DNA of 64,000 bases from NCBI GenBank assembly GCA_963716395.1, contig OY970309.1, positions 992,001 through 1,056,000 on the forward strand, in the 5' to 3' direction. Below, one piece after another: positions 1 through 11,526 of this stretch (its first letter is position 1; each line of letters opens with the position of its first letter). The notes below the pieces were generated by a model. The model did no database searches and was not told the DNA's origin. It saw only the letters and a list, made by a program, of their open reading frames with translations. The position numbers and the translations under genes are program-made. The stretch is from an uncultured Fibrobacteria bacterium (GTDB lineage: Bacteria; Fibrobacterota; Fibrobacteria; UBA11236).

Positions 1-1238
1 TCCAGCGCCACGCCGATGGCGATGAGCACCGAAGTGCCGCCGATGTAAAACGTCAGGTTCAGGGCTTGCTTCAAATGCAGGGGCCCCACACTGATGATGG
101 CCAGAAAAATTGCACCTGGAAGTGTGACGCGTGTCAAAATCTGATCGATGAATTCGGCCGTGCGCCGGCCCGGACGCACGCCGGGAATGAAGCCGCCGGA
201 TTTTTTGAGGTTGTCGGCGATTTCCTTGGGGTTGTAGATGATGGCCGTGTAGAAGTACGCGAAGAACACGATGAGCAGCGAGAAACTGACCGAGTACACC
301 CAATTGCCGGGAAGAAAGGCGGCGCCGAAGGCCTGGGCCGCGCTCCAGTCGGGAACCCAGGTGGCGAGTTGCATGGGCACGAAGAGGATGGCAGAGGCGA
401 AAATCACCGGCATGACACCGGCGGTGTTCACCTTGAACGGCAAGAAACTGCTCTGGCCGCCCATGACTTTGCGGCCCACGACGCGCTTGGGGCTTTGCAG
501 GGGAATGCGGCGCGTGCCTTGATCGATGAAGATGATGAAGGTGATGATGGCCAGCACCATGACGAGAATCACCGCCAGCATGGGCACGCTGCGTTCCCCG
601 GTCAGCACCAATTCGGCTTCGCTGAACACCGCCGTGGGCATGCGCGACATGATGCCGATGAAAATCACCAGCGAAGTGCCGTTGCCGATGCCACGCGCCG
701 TAATCTGATCGCCCAGCCACAGGATGAACATGCTGCCCGACGTTAAAGTCAAGGCCGTCAAGAGCGTAAAACCCATTCGGCTCATGCCTCCGAGCACCAG
801 GCTTTGGCCCGTCGAAGTCGATTGGCTGAACAACCAATTGCCGACCCCGAATCCCTGAAAGAAGCAAATCAGAATGGTGAGGTAGCGCGTCCACTGATTG
901 AGCTTGTTGCGGCCTTCTTGGCCCTGCTTTTGCAGCGCTTGCACGCTGGGAATGACCGAGCCCATGATTTGAATGATGATGGAGGCCGAAATGTAGGGCA
1001 TGATGCCCAGCGAAAACACCGACGCGCGCTGCAGCGCGCCGCCCACGAAGGTGTTGTACAACCCGAATAGGTTGTTGCGATCGTTGTTGAAAAAAGCGGA
1101 AATGGCGTGGTTGTTGATGCCGGGCAGGGGCACGAAACTGCCCACCCGATACACGGCCAAAAGACCGAATGTGAAAAAAATTCGGTCCCGCAAATCCTTG
1201 ATGCGGAAGACGTTGAGAAAACCCTGAAGGGCTTGCAC
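1..1238 (-). CDS. secY: Preprotein translocase SecY (3' end runs off the window)
   Basis: Manual minus-strand translation from GTG at 1238, just after the rplO stop, gives SecY motifs (SVFSLGIMPYISASII, GIGNGTSLVIF, FYIGGTSVLIAIGV); canonical spc position. Confidence 0.96.
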   Translation of the reverse strand, partial: MQALQGFLNVFRIKDLRDRIFFTFGLLAVYRVGSFVPLPGINNHAISAFFNNDRNNLFGLYNTFVGGALQRASVFSLGIMPYISASIIIQIMGSVIPSVQALQKQGQEGRNKLNQWTRYLTILICFFQGFGVGNWLFSQSTSTGQSLVLGGMSRMGFTLLTALTLTSGSMFILWLGDQITARGIGNGTSLVIFIGIMSRMPTAVFSEAELVLTGERSVPMLAVILVMVLAIITFIIFIDQGTRRIPLQSPKRVVGRKVMGGQSSFLPFKVNTAGVMPVIFASAILFVPMQLATWVPDWSAAQAFGAAFLPGNWVYSVSFSLLIVFFAYFYTAIIYNPKEIADNLKKSGGFIPGVRPGRRTAEFIDQILTRVTLPGAIFLAIISVGPLHLKQALNLTFYIGGTSVLIAIGVAL

Positions 1239-1240
1239 GG

Positions 1241-1678
1241 TTAAATGACCTCGGCTTTTCCTCCGGCCGCTTCCAAAGCCTGTTTGGCCGAAGCGCTGAA
1301 CCGGTTGGCCCGCACGTGCAGGGGTTTTGTGATCTTGCCTTTGCCGAGCACTTTGACCAGAAGGTCGTCGCGCCCGATAAGGCCGGCCTGGACCATGTCG
1401 GCGGGTGTCACCGAATCGGTGAAGCGCTGGTCCAAAACGCCCAGGTTGACGATTTGCACTTCGGGGAAATGGGAGTTGAATCCGCGTTTGGGAACACGAC
1501 GTTGAAAGGGGTTTTGACCGCCTTCGAAACCGACGCCGCCCGCGCCCGGGCTCTTGCGCGCGCCGGCGCCCTTTTGGCCTTTGCCGCAGGTTTTGCCGAT
1601 GCCTGATCCCGTGCCACGCCCGACTTTGAAGCGTTTTTTCATGGCACCTTTGGCCGGACGCAATTGGTTGAGCTTCAT
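1241..1678 (-). CDS. rplO: 50S ribosomal protein L15
   Basis: GRGTGSGIGKTCGKGQKG and GFEGGQ motifs; synteny. Confidence 0.97.
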   Translation of the reverse strand: MKLNQLRPAKGAMKKRFKVGRGTGSGIGKTCGKGQKGAGARKSPGAGGVGFEGGQNPFQRRVPKRGFNSHFPEVQIVNLGVLDQRFTDSVTPADMVQAGLIGRDDLLVKVLGKGKITKPLHVRANRFSASAKQALEAAGGKAEVI

Positions 1679-1863
1679 GCCGAAACCTCCTCGACCCGCA
1701 CCAGATGCCCCACAACCTTGAGCATGCCTTCCAGCGCGGGCGATTTTTTCTGCACCACGGCATGGCGAATGCGCCGCAGGCCCAACGCCTCCAAGGTGCG
1801 GATTTGTTTTTCCAGACAGCGGTTGGAGCTGCGGATTTGGGTGATTTTTAGGCGCGTTTCCAT
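1675..1863 (-). CDS. rpmD: 50S ribosomal protein L30
   Basis: LKITQIRS...TLEALGLRRI; between rpsE and rplO. Confidence 0.95.
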   Translation of the reverse strand: METRLKITQIRSSNRCLEKQIRTLEALGLRRIRHAVVQKKSPALEGMLKVVGHLVRVEEVSA

Positions 1864-1876
1864 GGATTGCCCCGAC

Positions 1877-2359
1877 TTATTTCGATCCCTGGCGCAAAGC
1901 CGTAAACTCTTTGCGCGAACGTTGTTTCATCAGTCCGCCCAAAACGGCCTTGACCACATTGTGGGGATTGGTGGAACCAATGCTTTTGGTGAGCACATCG
2001 TGTACGCCCGCCAGTTCAAGCACGGCGCGCGCCGCGCCGCCCGCAATCACGCCGGTACCCGGCGAAGCGGGGCGCATAAACACTTTGGCCGCGCCGAAGA
2101 TGGCATAAATTTCGTGGGGAATGGTTTTTTCGCGCAACACCACGTCGACCATGTTTTTATGCGCATTTTCGGTGGCCTTGCGGATGGCCTCGGCGACTTC
2201 ATTGGCCTTGCCCGAGCCGATGCCGACGCGGCCGTTGCCGTTGCCCACCACCACGATGGAATTGAAGCTGAAGCGGCGTCCGCCCTTCACCACCTTGGCG
2301 CAGCGGTTGATGGCGACAACCTTTTCCTGAAATTCGGTTTTGTTTTCGGTTTCCAACAT
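1877..2359 (-). CDS. rpsE: 30S ribosomal protein S5
   Basis: [28 protein letters not shown]. Confidence 0.98.
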   Translation of the reverse strand: MLETENKTEFQEKVVAINRCAKVVKGGRRFSFNSIVVVGNGNGRVGIGSGKANEVAEAIRKATENAHKNMVDVVLREKTIPHEIYAIFGAAKVFMRPASPGTGVIAGGAARAVLELAGVHDVLTKSIGSTNPHNVVKAVLGGLMKQRSRKEFTALRQGSK

Positions 2360-2370
2360 GCGTCCTTTGG

Positions 2371-2745
2371 TTAGAAATCGAGGCCGGCCTCGCGGGCGGC
2401 CTCGGCCACGGCTTTAACCCGGCCATGATAAAGGTATCCGCCCCGATCAAACACCACCTGTTTGATGCCTTGCTCCAGAGCGCGTTGGGCCATGAGTCGG
2501 CCCACTTCTTTCGACACTTCGACCTTGGCTTTCTCTTCGCGCAGCTTGCGGATTTCCGGAGCCAGCGAAGAAATCTGCAGCAGAGATCGCCCGCTCTGAT
2601 CGTCGACGATCTGGGCGTAGATGTGATTCAGGCTGCGGCGCACGCATAGACGCGGGCGCTCGGCCGAACCGGCCAGGCGCTTGCGGATGCGCTCATGGCG
2701 TGCCTTGCGGGTTTTGCGGCGGACTAGGGATTTATCGGCGAACAT
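2371..2745 (-). CDS. rplR: 50S ribosomal protein L18
   Basis: [23 protein letters not shown]. Confidence 0.98.
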   Translation of the reverse strand: MFADKSLVRRKTRKARHERIRKRLAGSAERPRLCVRRSLNHIYAQIVDDQSGRSLLQISSLAPEIRKLREEKAKVEVSKEVGRLMAQRALEQGIKQVVFDRGGYLYHGRVKAVAEAAREAGLDF

Positions 2746-2778
2746 GGCTTCCTTGTGGGTTTGGCAACCGTAGTAGGG

Positions 2779-3312
2779 TTACGTCTTCTTCACTTCTTTC
2801 TGGATGACTTGTTCGTTGGCGTAGCGCACGCCTTTGCCCTTGTAAGGCTCGGGCGGTTTGAAGCCGCGCAGATTGGCCGCCACCTGGCCCACCGCCTGGC
2901 GATCCACGCCTTCGACGATAAGCTTGACGTTGCCGTCGACCTTGACGGTGACGCCCGCCGGCGGCTGGTACACGATGGGGTGCGAATAGCCGAGCAAGAG
3001 ATTGACGGCCTTGCCCTTTTGCTCGCCGCGATAACCGACTCCGCGGATTTCCAGTTCGCGGGTCCATCCCTTGTGTACGCCGACGATGACATTGTAGACC
3101 AGCGCGCGCGACATGCCGTGCAAGGCCTTGTCGGTTTTGGCTTCGGAGGCGCGTTTCAGAACCAGGACATCGCCCTCGCGCACCACCGAAACGCGTTCGT
3201 GCAGCGTGATGGCCAGCTTGCCCTTGGGCCCTTCGGCCTGCAGGGTGCGGCCCTGGATGTTCACCTTGACGCCGGTCGGAATCTTCACGGGCGCCTTGCC
3301 AACTCGAGACAT
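2779..3312 (-). CDS. rplF: 50S ribosomal protein L6 (start adjusted to MSRVGK)
   Basis: MSRVGKAPV...PPEPYKGKGVRY. Confidence 0.98.
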   Translation of the reverse strand: MSRVGKAPVKIPTGVKVNIQGRTLQAEGPKGKLAITLHERVSVVREGDVLVLKRASEAKTDKALHGMSRALVYNVIVGVHKGWTRELEIRGVGYRGEQKGKAVNLLLGYSHPIVYQPPAGVTVKVDGNVKLIVEGVDRQAVGQVAANLRGFKPPEPYKGKGVRYANEQVIQKEVKKT

Positions 3313-3328
3313 CGAAATTCCTCTCTTC

Positions 3329-3727
3329 CTACCAAACCTTGCATAACACTTCGCCGCCCACGCGCTGCTGGCGGCATTCATAATCGGTCAGCACCCCTTT
3401 GGAGGTGGAGACGATAGCCACACCCAAGCCGTTTTTCACCTTGGGCAACCGGCCCACGCCGGCATAGGTGCGTCCGCCCGGAGAGCTGACGCGCACCAGG
3501 CCCTGAATGGCGGGCTGGCCGTCGGTGTAGCGGAGCAGCAGCTTCATCCAGCCTTGCTTGTCGTCGTCGAGAATTACGAATTTCTCCACGAAGTTTTGGC
3601 GCACCAGGATTTTGGCCACTTCGCGGCGCAGCTTCGAGGCCGGCATCTCGACCACGCGGCGCCCCGCCATGGTGGCGTTGCGAATGCGCGTGAGCATGTC
3701 GCTGATGGAATCGTTTACTCGGCTCAT
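3329..3727 (-). CDS. rpsH: 30S ribosomal protein S8
   Basis: DSISDMLTRIRNA, STSKGV, VGGEVLC. Confidence 0.98.
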   Translation of the reverse strand: MSRVNDSISDMLTRIRNATMAGRRVVEMPASKLRREVAKILVRQNFVEKFVILDDDKQGWMKLLLRYTDGQPAIQGLVRVSSPGGRTYAGVGRLPKVKNGLGVAIVSTSKGVLTDYECRQQRVGGEVLCKVW

Positions 3728-3752
3728 CGTATTGGTTCTCTCTTTCCGGTTC

Positions 3753-3938
3753 TCACCAGGACGCCTTGGTCACGCCGGGAATGTCGCCCTGCAACGCCAG
3801 TTCGCGAAAGCAAATTCGGCACAGCCCGAACTTGCGCAAGAAGGCGCGAGCCCGACCGCAACGCCGACAGCGGTGGTAACCGCGGACTTTGAACTTGGGG
3901 GTCCGCTTCTGTTTTTCGATCATCGATCGCTTGGCCAT
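3753..3938 (-). CDS. rpsN: 30S ribosomal protein S14, short zinc-binding (C+) type
   Basis: 61 aa with CRRCGR...CRICFRE. Confidence 0.97.
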   Translation of the reverse strand: MAKRSMIEKQKRTPKFKVRGYHRCRRCGRARAFLRKFGLCRICFRELALQGDIPGVTKASW

Positions 3939-3962
3939 GATTTTTCCTTTTTACGCCCCCGC

Positions 3963-4502
3963 TCACTTGCGGAAGGGCATCCCCAACGCCTGCAACAGCG
4001 CGCGGCAACCTTCGTCGTTCTTGGCGCTGGTCACGAAGGTCACATCCATGCCGAGCACCTGGGTAATTTTGTCGTAACTCACTTCGAGGAAGATGATCAG
4101 CTCTTTGACTCCGAAGGTGTAATTGCCCAGTCCGTCGAAGCCGCGCCGCGGAATGCCGCGAAAGTCGCGCACACGCGGCAGGGCGATGGAGATCAGGCGT
4201 TCGAGAAAATCCCACATGCGGTCGCCGTGCAAGGTCACCTTGGCGCCGATGGGCATGTTTTCTTTGAGTTTGAAATTCGAGATGGCCTTCTTGGCCCGCG
4301 TGGTGATCGCCTTCTGCCCGGTTATCCCGGTCAAAGTGGTGACGGCTTCATCGATGAGGCGCTGATTGCTCGCAGCCTCGCCCACGCCCATGTTCAACAC
4401 GATTTTTTCCAGGCGCGGCACTTCCATAGGATTGCGGAGGCCCAGTTCTTTGACCAAAAACGGAATCACTTCCGTGCGGTACTTTTCTTTCAACTTCGCC
4501 AT
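3963..4502 (-). CDS. rplE: 50S ribosomal protein L5
   Basis: KIVLNMGVG, ALPRVRDFRG, FDGLGNY. Confidence 0.98.
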   Translation of the reverse strand: MAKLKEKYRTEVIPFLVKELGLRNPMEVPRLEKIVLNMGVGEAASNQRLIDEAVTTLTGITGQKAITTRAKKAISNFKLKENMPIGAKVTLHGDRMWDFLERLISIALPRVRDFRGIPRRGFDGLGNYTFGVKELIIFLEVSYDKITQVLGMDVTFVTSAKNDEGCRALLQALGMPFRK

Positions 4503-4514
4503 GCTTCCTTCCGC

Positions 4515-4826
4515 CTACTCCAGGGGCTTTCCCGTTTTCTTTTCGACCCGCACCCGCTTGCCGTCCACAACGCGGCGCACGACCTTCACCGGATCGCCTT
4601 CTTTGCTCACCAGCACGATGTTGGAAATATGAATCGACAGCTCCCGTTCGACGATGCCGCCCTGCTGATTTTCCTGCGTCGGGCGCTGGTGCTTCTTACC
4701 CATGTTCACGCCTTCGACGAGGACGCGGCCCGTGTCTTTGAACACACGTACGATCTTTCCGGTTTTGCCGGTAGCCTTGCCGGAAATCACCCGGACTTGG
4801 TCGAGTTTCTTCAGCTTGAGCGCCAT
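4515..4826 (-). CDS. rplX: 50S ribosomal protein L24
   Basis: KOW-like VRVISGK..G..G, VEGVN, IHISN. Confidence 0.97.
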   Translation of the reverse strand: MALKLKKLDQVRVISGKATGKTGKIVRVFKDTGRVLVEGVNMGKKHQRPTQENQQGGIVERELSIHISNIVLVSKEGDPVKVVRRVVDGKRVRVEKKTGKPLE

Positions 4827-5195
4827 TTATATCACCTCCGGAGCCAACGAAACGATTTTCATGAATTGGCGGTCGCGCAATTCGCGGGCCACCGGTCCGA
4901 AAATGCGCGAACCTTTGGGTTCTTTCGCTTCGTTGACGATGACGACGGCGTTGTCTCCGAAGCGAATCGAAGAACCGTCGCGGCGTTTCACTTCGCGGAT
5001 GGTGCGGACCACCACGGCGCGCTGCACGCTGCCCTTTTTCACCGCGCTGGTGGGCGTCGCGTCTTTCACCGACACCACGATAATGTCGCCCAAGGTGGCA
5101 TAACGCCGGCGCGTTCCGCCCAGCACTTTGATGCACTGCACCTTTTTGGCGCCGGAGTTGTCGGCCACGTTGAGCCGCGTCTGTTGCTGAATCAT
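4827..5195 (-). CDS. rplN: 50S ribosomal protein L14
   Basis: [17 protein letters not shown]...[11 protein letters not shown]. Confidence 0.98.
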   Translation of the reverse strand: MIQQQTRLNVADNSGAKKVQCIKVLGGTRRRYATLGDIIVVSVKDATPTSAVKKGSVQRAVVVRTIREVKRRDGSSIRFGDNAVVIVNEAKEPKGSRIFGPVARELRDRQFMKIVSLAPEVI

Positions 5196-5205
5196 CGCCC
5201 GTCCC

Positions 5206-5475
5206 CTACTTCTTCCGCTCGACGATGCGCAAAAGGCGCCAGCGCTTGTCTTTGCTCAAGCGGCGGGTTTCCATGATTTCCACCGTGTCGCCTTCGTGCG
5301 CGTCATTGTTTTCGTCGTGCGCCTTGAACTTCACGGTGTTGTGCACCGTCTTGCCGTATAAGGGATGCGACTTGCGGTTAACCGTGATCACGGTAATAGT
5401 CTTGTTCATCTTATCGCTGGTCACGAGACCGACGCGCACCTTGCGCCGATTCACACGTTTGGTTTGTTCTTCCAT
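5206..5475 (-). CDS. rpsQ: 30S ribosomal protein S17
   Basis: [27 protein letters not shown]. Confidence 0.98.
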   Translation of the reverse strand: MEEQTKRVNRRKVRVGLVTSDKMNKTITVITVNRKSHPLYGKTVHNTVKFKAHDENNDAHEGDTVEIMETRRLSKDKRWRLLRIVERKK

Positions 5476-5493
5476 AATCTTCTGCGCAGGCCG

Positions 5494-5694
5494 TTACGGC
5501 TTTTGCCCTTTCTTCTCGCGCAGCACGGTGCGCGACCTCGCGATGTCGCGCCGCAAATGGTGCAGGCTCGCGGTGTTTTCCAGCTTGCCCAAAACCGACT
5601 GTAGCCGGCTGTTGAACAACTGCGTCTCCATTTCCTTGATCTTGGCCTCCAAGGTGTCGGAGGCCATTTCGCGGTACTCGGCCGGCTTAGCCAT
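5494..5694 (-). CDS. rpmC: 50S ribosomal protein L29 (start adjusted to MAKPAEYRE)
   Basis: LFNSRLQ...LRRDIAR; between rplP and rpsQ. Confidence 0.94.
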   Translation of the reverse strand: MAKPAEYREMASDTLEAKIKEMETQLFNSRLQSVLGKLENTASLHHLRRDIARSRTVLREKKGQKP

Positions 5695-6100
5695 TTTCCA
5701 CCTCCACGATTTTGCAACGGATGGGGAGCTTTTGCGCGGCCACGCCCAGGGCCTCCAGGGCCAGGGCACGATCCACGCCGCCCATCTCGAACAAGACCCG
5801 GCCGGCCAAAACCACCGCCACCCAGCCTTCGACATTGCCCTTGCCCGAACCCATGCGCGTTTCGGCCGGCTTCTTGGTGAAGGGTTTGTCGGGAAAAACC
5901 CGAATCCACACCTGCCCGCCGCGCTTGATTTTGCGGGTCATGGCAATGCGCGCCGCTTCGATTTGGCGGTTGGTGACCCAGGCCGATTCCAACGCCTGAA
6001 TGCCGTATTCTCCGAAGGCCAAGGTGGTTCCGCGAGGCGCCGTGCCTTTCATCTTGCCCTTCTGGGTCTTGCGCCATTTGACTTTCTTCGGACTCAACAT
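5687..6100 (-). CDS. rplP: 50S ribosomal protein L16
   Basis: [21 protein letters not shown]. Confidence 0.98.
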   Translation of the reverse strand: MLSPKKVKWRKTQKGKMKGTAPRGTTLAFGEYGIQALESAWVTNRQIEAARIAMTRKIKRGGQVWIRVFPDKPFTKKPAETRMGSGKGNVEGWVAVVLAGRVLFEMGGVDRALALEALGVAAQKLPIRCKIVEVENG

Positions 6101-6771
6101 CAGGCCAGCGCCCTTTCACCCTCGTGTTGGGAGCTCAGTTCGTCTTTCTTCAAAATCTCGCCTTTGAAAATCCACACCTTGATGCCGATGGTGCCAAAGG
6201 TGGTTTCGGCGCGCGCCTGCGCATAATCGATGTCGGCGCGCAAAGTTTGCAGGGGAATGCGGCCGTCACGCGATTTTTCCGTGCGCGCGATTTCGGCGCC
6301 GCCGAGTCGTCCGCTGCAAACGATTTTAATGCCCTGGGCCCCGAGGCGCATGGAACTGGCCACGGCTTTTTTCATGCAGCGGCGAAAAGCCACGCGTTTT
6401 TCCAATTGCCGCGCGATGTTTTCGGCCACGAGCTGCGCATCGATTTCGGGACGTTTGATCTCGCGGATGTTGATGTAAATCTCTTTGCCCGTCAGATGCT
6501 GCAATTCTCCGCGCAGCCGTTCGACTTCTTCGCCCTTCTTGCCGATCACCACGCCGGGGCGGGCGGTGAAAATGCCGATGGTGACTTCTTTCACCGTGCG
6601 TTCGATGCTGACGTTGGAAAGGCTGGCATGGCCCAGGCGCTTGCGCAGATAGCGGCGGATCACGAGATCTTCATATAGGAGATCCGCGAAATTCTTTTCC
6701 GCGTACCAACGCGAATTCCAGGTCTTGATGACTCCGAGACGGAATCCAATCGGATGGGTTTTTTGTCCCAC
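6100..6771 (-). CDS. rpsC: 30S ribosomal protein S3
   Basis: [34 protein letters not shown]. Confidence 0.98.
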   Translation of the reverse strand: MGQKTHPIGFRLGVIKTWNSRWYAEKNFADLLYEDLVIRRYLRKRLGHASLSNVSIERTVKEVTIGIFTARPGVVIGKKGEEVERLRGELQHLTGKEIYINIREIKRPEIDAQLVAENIARQLEKRVAFRRCMKKAVASSMRLGAQGIKIVCSGRLGGAEIARTEKSRDGRIPLQTLRADIDYAQARAETTFGTIGIKVWIFKGEILKKDELSSQHEGERALA

Positions 6772-6783
6772 GCATTACCTCCG

Positions 6784-7125
6784 CTAGTCCGACACCACGA
6801 CGGTGAGATGGCTCAGCTTTTTTTCAATCCGGAAGGCCCGGCCCTGCGCCCGTGCCCGCGTGCGCTTGACCAGCGGCCCGGCGTCGACGAAAGCCGACTT
6901 CACGACCAGGGTTTTACCGCGACCCGTGCCTTCTTGTTTGACCTGCCAGTTGGCGACCGCGGCTTTCAACACTTTGTCGAGCATGCGCGCCGCCTTCTTG
7001 CGCGGCTTCAATCCGAACAAGAGGTCCGAGGCCGCATCCACGGATTTTCCGCGAATCATGTCGGCGACTTGGCGCATGCGATTGGTCGATGACCGCAAGT
7101 ACCGGGCTTTGGCGATGGCTTCCAT
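6784..7125 (-). CDS. rplV: 50S ribosomal protein L22 (start adjusted to MEAIAKARY)
   Basis: AAVAN, RARAQGRA, SHLTVVV; synteny. Confidence 0.96.
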   Translation of the reverse strand: MEAIAKARYLRSSTNRMRQVADMIRGKSVDAASDLLFGLKPRKKAARMLDKVLKAAVANWQVKQEGTGRGKTLVVKSAFVDAGPLVKRTRARAQGRAFRIEKKLSHLTVVVSD

Positions 7126-7138
7126 AAATTTTCTCCGC

Positions 7139-7441
7139 CTACCGTTTCGAGGCGCCGCCGGACGGCGCGGGTTTGGCTTTTTCCGAGCGCACATGCCCGC
7201 GAAAGGTGCGGGTCAGCGCGAACTCGCCCAATTTGTGTCCGACCATGTTTTCGGTGATGAACACCGGAATAAAAGTTTTGCCGTTGTGGATGGCGATGGT
7301 TTGTCCCACGAATTCGGGCGTGACAGTCGAACGGCGGCTCCAGGTTTTGACGGCGGTTTTCTTGCCGCCTTGGCCCGAGCCCTGCACCTTTTTCAAAAGA
7401 TGCGTGTCGACGAAGGCGCCTTTTTTGAGTGAACGAGGCAT
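7139..7441 (-). CDS. rpsS: 30S ribosomal protein S19
   Basis: [21 protein letters not shown]. Confidence 0.98.
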   Translation of the reverse strand: MPRSLKKGAFVDTHLLKKVQGSGQGGKKTAVKTWSRRSTVTPEFVGQTIAIHNGKTFIPVFITENMVGHKLGEFALTRTFRGHVRSEKAKPAPSGGASKR

Positions 7442-7452
7442 GACGATTCCTT

Positions 7453-8283
7453 TTAAACGTTCTTGGGTCGGCGGCGCACGATGAATTGATCGGTGCGTTT
7501 GTTGTTCCGGGTCCTTTTGCCTTTGGCCTTTTTGCCCCAGGGCGAAACCGGGTGTCCGCCGCCCGAGGTTTTGCCTTCACCGCCGCCCATGGGATGATCG
7601 ATGGGGTTCATGGCCACACCCCGCACCTTGGGACGCTTGCCCAGCCAGCGCGATCGGCCCGCCGATCCGCTGACGACGTTGTTGTGCTCGGTATTGCCCA
7701 CGCGTCCGATGGTGGCGCGACAATTCACATGCACCAGCCGGATTTCTCCCGAGGGAAGCTTGAGATGGGCGTAATCGCCTTCACGCGCCACGAGTTCGGC
7801 CTGGGTGCCGGCGGCACGCGCCAATTGCGCGCCCTTGCCCGGACGCAATTCGATATTATGCACGAAGGTGTTGAGCGGCAACTTGCCCAGCGTCAACACG
7901 TTTCCCGGTTCCAGTGCTGCATCTTCTTTGGCCACGATGGTCTGGCCCGTCTTGACCCCCTCGGGTGCGATGATGTAGCGGCGCTGCCCGTCTTGATAGC
8001 GCACCAGGGCGATGTAGGCGGTGCGGTTGGGATCGTATTCGATGGTCTCGATCACGGCCGGAATGCCCACGCGCTCGCGGCGGAAATCGATCTCGCGGTA
8101 GCGCTGCTTGTGTCCGGAACCCCGGCGGCGCATGGTGATGATGCCGCGATGGTTGCGGCCGGCGTGTTCTTTGCGTCCGACCGTCAGCGGTTTGTAGGGC
8201 TTGTCCGTGGTCAGTTCCGAAAAGTCCGGCGTTTGCTTGTAACGCAGGGTTTCGGTCAGCGGTCGATAAGATTTCAACGGCAT
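7453..8283 (-). CDS. rplB: 50S ribosomal protein L2 (start adjusted to MPLKSYRP)
   Basis: [26 protein letters not shown]. Confidence 0.98.
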   Translation of the reverse strand: MPLKSYRPLTETLRYKQTPDFSELTTDKPYKPLTVGRKEHAGRNHRGIITMRRRGSGHKQRYREIDFRRERVGIPAVIETIEYDPNRTAYIALVRYQDGQRRYIIAPEGVKTGQTIVAKEDAALEPGNVLTLGKLPLNTFVHNIELRPGKGAQLARAAGTQAELVAREGDYAHLKLPSGEIRLVHVNCRATIGRVGNTEHNNVVSGSAGRSRWLGKRPKVRGVAMNPIDHPMGGGEGKTSGGGHPVSPWGKKAKGKRTRNNKRTDQFIVRRRPKNV

Positions 8284-8300
8284 GGTTTTTTCTGTCCTGC

Positions 8301-8585
8301 TTACTCGAGTTCCTTGATAGTGTCGCCGGTTTGCAAACGCACGACCGCTTTTTTCCAAGCAGGTCGACGTCCGGGGATGCCGCGTACCTGTTTGATCTTT
8401 CCCGGCCCGCGCAGGGTGTTCACCGCCATAACCTTCACATCGAAGCGGCTTTCCACGGCTTTTTTGATTTCGCTTTTATTGGCCGACACCGGCACCCGAA
8501 AGGTGTATTGGTTAGCGGCGGCGCGTCGCGCCAGCGACTTTTCGGAAAGCAGGGGAAATTCGAGAATCCGATTCAATGGTTTCAT
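8301..8585 (-). CDS. rplW: 50S ribosomal protein L23
   Basis: [23 protein letters not shown]. Confidence 0.97.
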   Translation of the reverse strand: MKPLNRILEFPLLSEKSLARRAAANQYTFRVPVSANKSEIKKAVESRFDVKVMAVNTLRGPGKIKQVRGIPGRRPAWKKAVVRLQTGDTIKELE

Positions 8586-9220
8586 ACGCCCGCTCCTCCG
8601 CGCATTTCGAGCAGCGATTTCAGGGCCGAGGCCGTGAAGACCACGTTGTCGGAATTGAGCAATCCGTAAGTGTGCATGTCCTGGACGCGTTCGACTTTCA
8701 CACCGGGAAGATTGCGGGCGGCCAACAGCAAATCGCGCTCGGGTTTTTCCACCACGATCAGGTTTTTAGACCCCGCGAGACTGGCCTTTTGCAGTAGGCC
8801 GGCGAGATCCCGGGTTTTGGGGCCGGAAATTCCGATGCTTTCGAACACATAGACCCGGCTTTCGCGCGCCTTCAGACTCAAGGCCGACACGAAGGCCTTG
8901 CGCTTCTGTTTTTGATTGATGTCACGGGAATATTTATGCGGCAGGGGGCCATGCGCCTTGCCGCCGCGCGCCCAGTTGGGGGCCGTATTCGATCCCTGGC
9001 GCGCCTGGCCGGTGCCCTTTTGCTTCCAGGGCTTGTGCCCGCCGCCCGAAACTTCGGAGCGGCTCTTGGTCTTATGCGTGCCCTGCCGCTGGTTGGAGAG
9101 GTACACGTATACGGCCTGGAACATGACGGGCTCGCTCACTTCTTGCTCGAAGTGCGAGGCGGGAAGATCGATGTCTTCTTTATAGGCGCCGTCGGGCGCA
9201 TGCAACTTCGCCTTAGCCAT
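8582..9220 (-). CDS. rplD: 50S ribosomal protein L4
   Basis: [27 protein letters not shown]. Confidence 0.98.
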   Translation of the reverse strand: MAKAKLHAPDGAYKEDIDLPASHFEQEVSEPVMFQAVYVYLSNQRQGTHKTKSRSEVSGGGHKPWKQKGTGQARQGSNTAPNWARGGKAHGPLPHKYSRDINQKQKRKAFVSALSLKARESRVYVFESIGISGPKTRDLAGLLQKASLAGSKNLIVVEKPERDLLLAARNLPGVKVERVQDMHTYGLLNSDNVVFTASALKSLLEMRGGAGV

Positions 9221-9836
9221 GTTGCTTCCTCACAATCACCTTGGCGTTGGTTCCGCCGGGCAGAGCGCCTTTGATGAAGAGCAGATTTTTTTCCACGTCG
9301 ACTTTCACGACCTCGAGATTCTTGTAGGTCTTCTGCTCGACGCCCATGTGCCCGCCCAGGCGTTTGCCCGGAAAGACGCGCGCCGGATAGGAATGCGCAC
9401 CCATGGATCCGGGCGCGCGCACGTTTTTAGAACCATGGGCCGAGGGCCCGCGCTTGAATTTGTGGCGCTTGATGGTGCCGGCGAAGCCTCGGCCTTTGCT
9501 GGTGCCGGTGACCGTCACTTTTTTGTCCTCGTTGAAAATCGAAAGGTCGTATTGTTTGCCGACTTCCCAGCCCGCGAGATCTTCGAGGCGGAACTCGGCG
9601 ATCCAACGCGCCGGCGTCAGTCCGGATTTTTCGAATTGGCCCTTTTGCGCCTTGGCTACATGCTTGTCTTTGCGGCTTCCGGTGGCCACCTGAATGGCCT
9701 GATAACCGTCTTTGTCTTTGGTCTTCACGGCCAACACCGTGGTCGGCAACGCCTCCACCACGGTAACCGGCACCGGCTGGCCTTCGGCGGTGAAGATCTG
9801 GGTCATGCCCAATTTTTTTCCGATGATTCCGAGCAT
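9213..9836 (-). CDS. rplC: 50S ribosomal protein L3
   Basis: [21 protein letters not shown]...RAPGS. Confidence 0.98.
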   Translation of the reverse strand: MLGIIGKKLGMTQIFTAEGQPVPVTVVEALPTTVLAVKTKDKDGYQAIQVATGSRKDKHVAKAQKGQFEKSGLTPARWIAEFRLEDLAGWEVGKQYDLSIFNEDKKVTVTGTSKGRGFAGTIKRHKFKRGPSAHGSKNVRAPGSMGAHSYPARVFPGKRLGGHMGVEQKTYKNLEVVKVDVEKNLLFIKGALPGGTNAKVIVRKQHG

Positions 9837-9838
9837 GT

Positions 9839-10147
9839 TTACACCTTGATTTCCACCTCGACGCCGGCCGGCAGATCCAGCTTCATCAGCGAGTCGATGG
9901 TTTGCGGGGTGGAGTCGAGAATGTCGATGAGGCGTTTGTGGGTCCGCATTTCAAATTGCTCGCGCGAGGTCTTGTCGATATGCGGGGAACGAAGGACGGT
10001 GTAAATGCGCTTCTTGGTCGGCAAGGGTATGGGCCCGACGATTTTCGCGCCCGTGTTGCGCACGGTGCGCACGATGTCGGCGGTCGACCGATCGATCATG
10101 CGATGGTCGAACGACTTGAGTCGGATTCTGATTCTTTGTCCAGCCAC
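9839..10147 (-). CDS. rpsJ: 30S ribosomal protein S10
   Basis: [28 protein letters not shown]. Confidence 0.98.
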   Translation of the reverse strand: MAGQRIRIRLKSFDHRMIDRSTADIVRTVRNTGAKIVGPIPLPTKKRIYTVLRSPHIDKTSREQFEMRTHKRLIDILDSTPQTIDSLMKLDLPAGVEVEIKV

Positions 10148-10237
10148 AGCACGAACCTCTTCTCTTTAGTCCGTAAATCCCTTTGCCGATTTCACAGAAC
10201 AGGTCGGGCGCCAGGCCCGGCCTTCCGAATCTTCAGC

Positions 10238-11428
10238 CTATTGCACGATCTCCGTCACGACGCCGGCGCCGACGGTTTTTCCGCCTTCCCGGATGGCGAA
10301 GCGAAGGTCTTTGGCCATCGCGATCGGCGCGATCAACTCCACCGTGATCGACACGTTGTCCCCCGGCATCACCATCTCCACCCCCGACGGCAGGTTCAAC
10401 TGACCCGTCACATCCGTGGTCCGGAAATAGAACTGCGGACGGTACCCCGTGAAAAACGGCGTATGCCGGCCCCCTTCATCCTTCGACAGCACGTACACTT
10501 CCGCCTTGAAGTGCGTATGCGGCGTAATCGTCCCAGGCTTCGCCAACACCTGGCCCCGCTCGATGTCCTGCTTCTCCGCGCCCCGCAACAGGATGCCGAT
10601 ATTGTCCCCCGCCTGCGCTTCGTCCAATAGCTTCCGGAACATCTCCACGCCCGTCACCACAAACTTCTTGCTCTCGCCCAAACCTACGCGTTCCACTTCT
10701 TCCGACACCTTCACCTTGCCCGCTTCCACGCGACCCGTCGCCACCGTGCCCCGGCCCGTGATGCTGAACACGTCTTCCACGCTCATCAAAAACGGCTTGT
10801 CCACCGCCCGCACCGGCGTCGGAATGTAAGAGTCCACCGCTTCCATCAGCTTCAGGATGGCCGGCTCCCCAATTTCGCTCGTGTCGCCTTCCAGCGCTTT
10901 TACCGCGCTCCCCCGGATGACGGGAATCTTGTCCCCGGGAAACTGGTACTTGCTCAACAGCTCCCGCACTTCCATCTCCACCAGGTCCAACAGTTCCGGG
11001 TCGTCCACCATGTCCACTTTGTTCATGAACACCACGATGTAGGGTACGCCCACCTGTCGCGCCAACAGAATGTGCTCGCGCGTCTGCGGCATGGGGCCGT
11101 CGGCCGCCGACACCACCAGAATCGCGCCATCCATCTGCGCCGCGCCCGTCACCATGTTCTTCACATAGTCGGCATGCCCCGGGCAATCCACGTGCGCGTA
11201 ATGCCGGTTCGCCGTCTCGTATTCGACATGCGAGGTGTTGATGGTGATGCCACGCTCCCGTTCTTCCGGAGCGTTGTCGATTTCACCGTAGCTCTTGGCC
11301 GTCGCCCATCCCGATTTCGACAGCACCTTGGTGATGGCCGCCGTCAGCGAGGTCTTCCCGTGATCCACGTGGCCAATCGTCCCTACGTTCACATGCGGCT
11401 TCGTCCGCTCAAATTTGGCCTTCGCCAT
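10238..11428 (-). CDS. tuf: Elongation factor Tu (str-operon copy)
   Basis: [22 protein letters not shown]; 396 aa. Confidence 0.99.
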   Translation of the reverse strand: MAKAKFERTKPHVNVGTIGHVDHGKTSLTAAITKVLSKSGWATAKSYGEIDNAPEERERGITINTSHVEYETANRHYAHVDCPGHADYVKNMVTGAAQMDGAILVVSAADGPMPQTREHILLARQVGVPYIVVFMNKVDMVDDPELLDLVEMEVRELLSKYQFPGDKIPVIRGSAVKALEGDTSEIGEPAILKLMEAVDSYIPTPVRAVDKPFLMSVEDVFSITGRGTVATGRVEAGKVKVSEEVERVGLGESKKFVVTGVEMFRKLLDEAQAGDNIGILLRGAEKQDIERGQVLAKPGTITPHTHFKAEVYVLSKDEGGRHTPFFTGYRPQFYFRTTDVTGQLNLPSGVEMVMPGDNVSITVELIAPIAMAKDLRFAIREGGKTVGAGVVTEIVQ

Positions 11429-11526
11429 GATGCTATTGCCACTCCTCTATTTTGAATTCCACTCGCCGGATTTCCACCCGGACTCCACTTTTGTTTTCCT
11501 TCGCGAAGGAAGGACTTCCGAAGTTT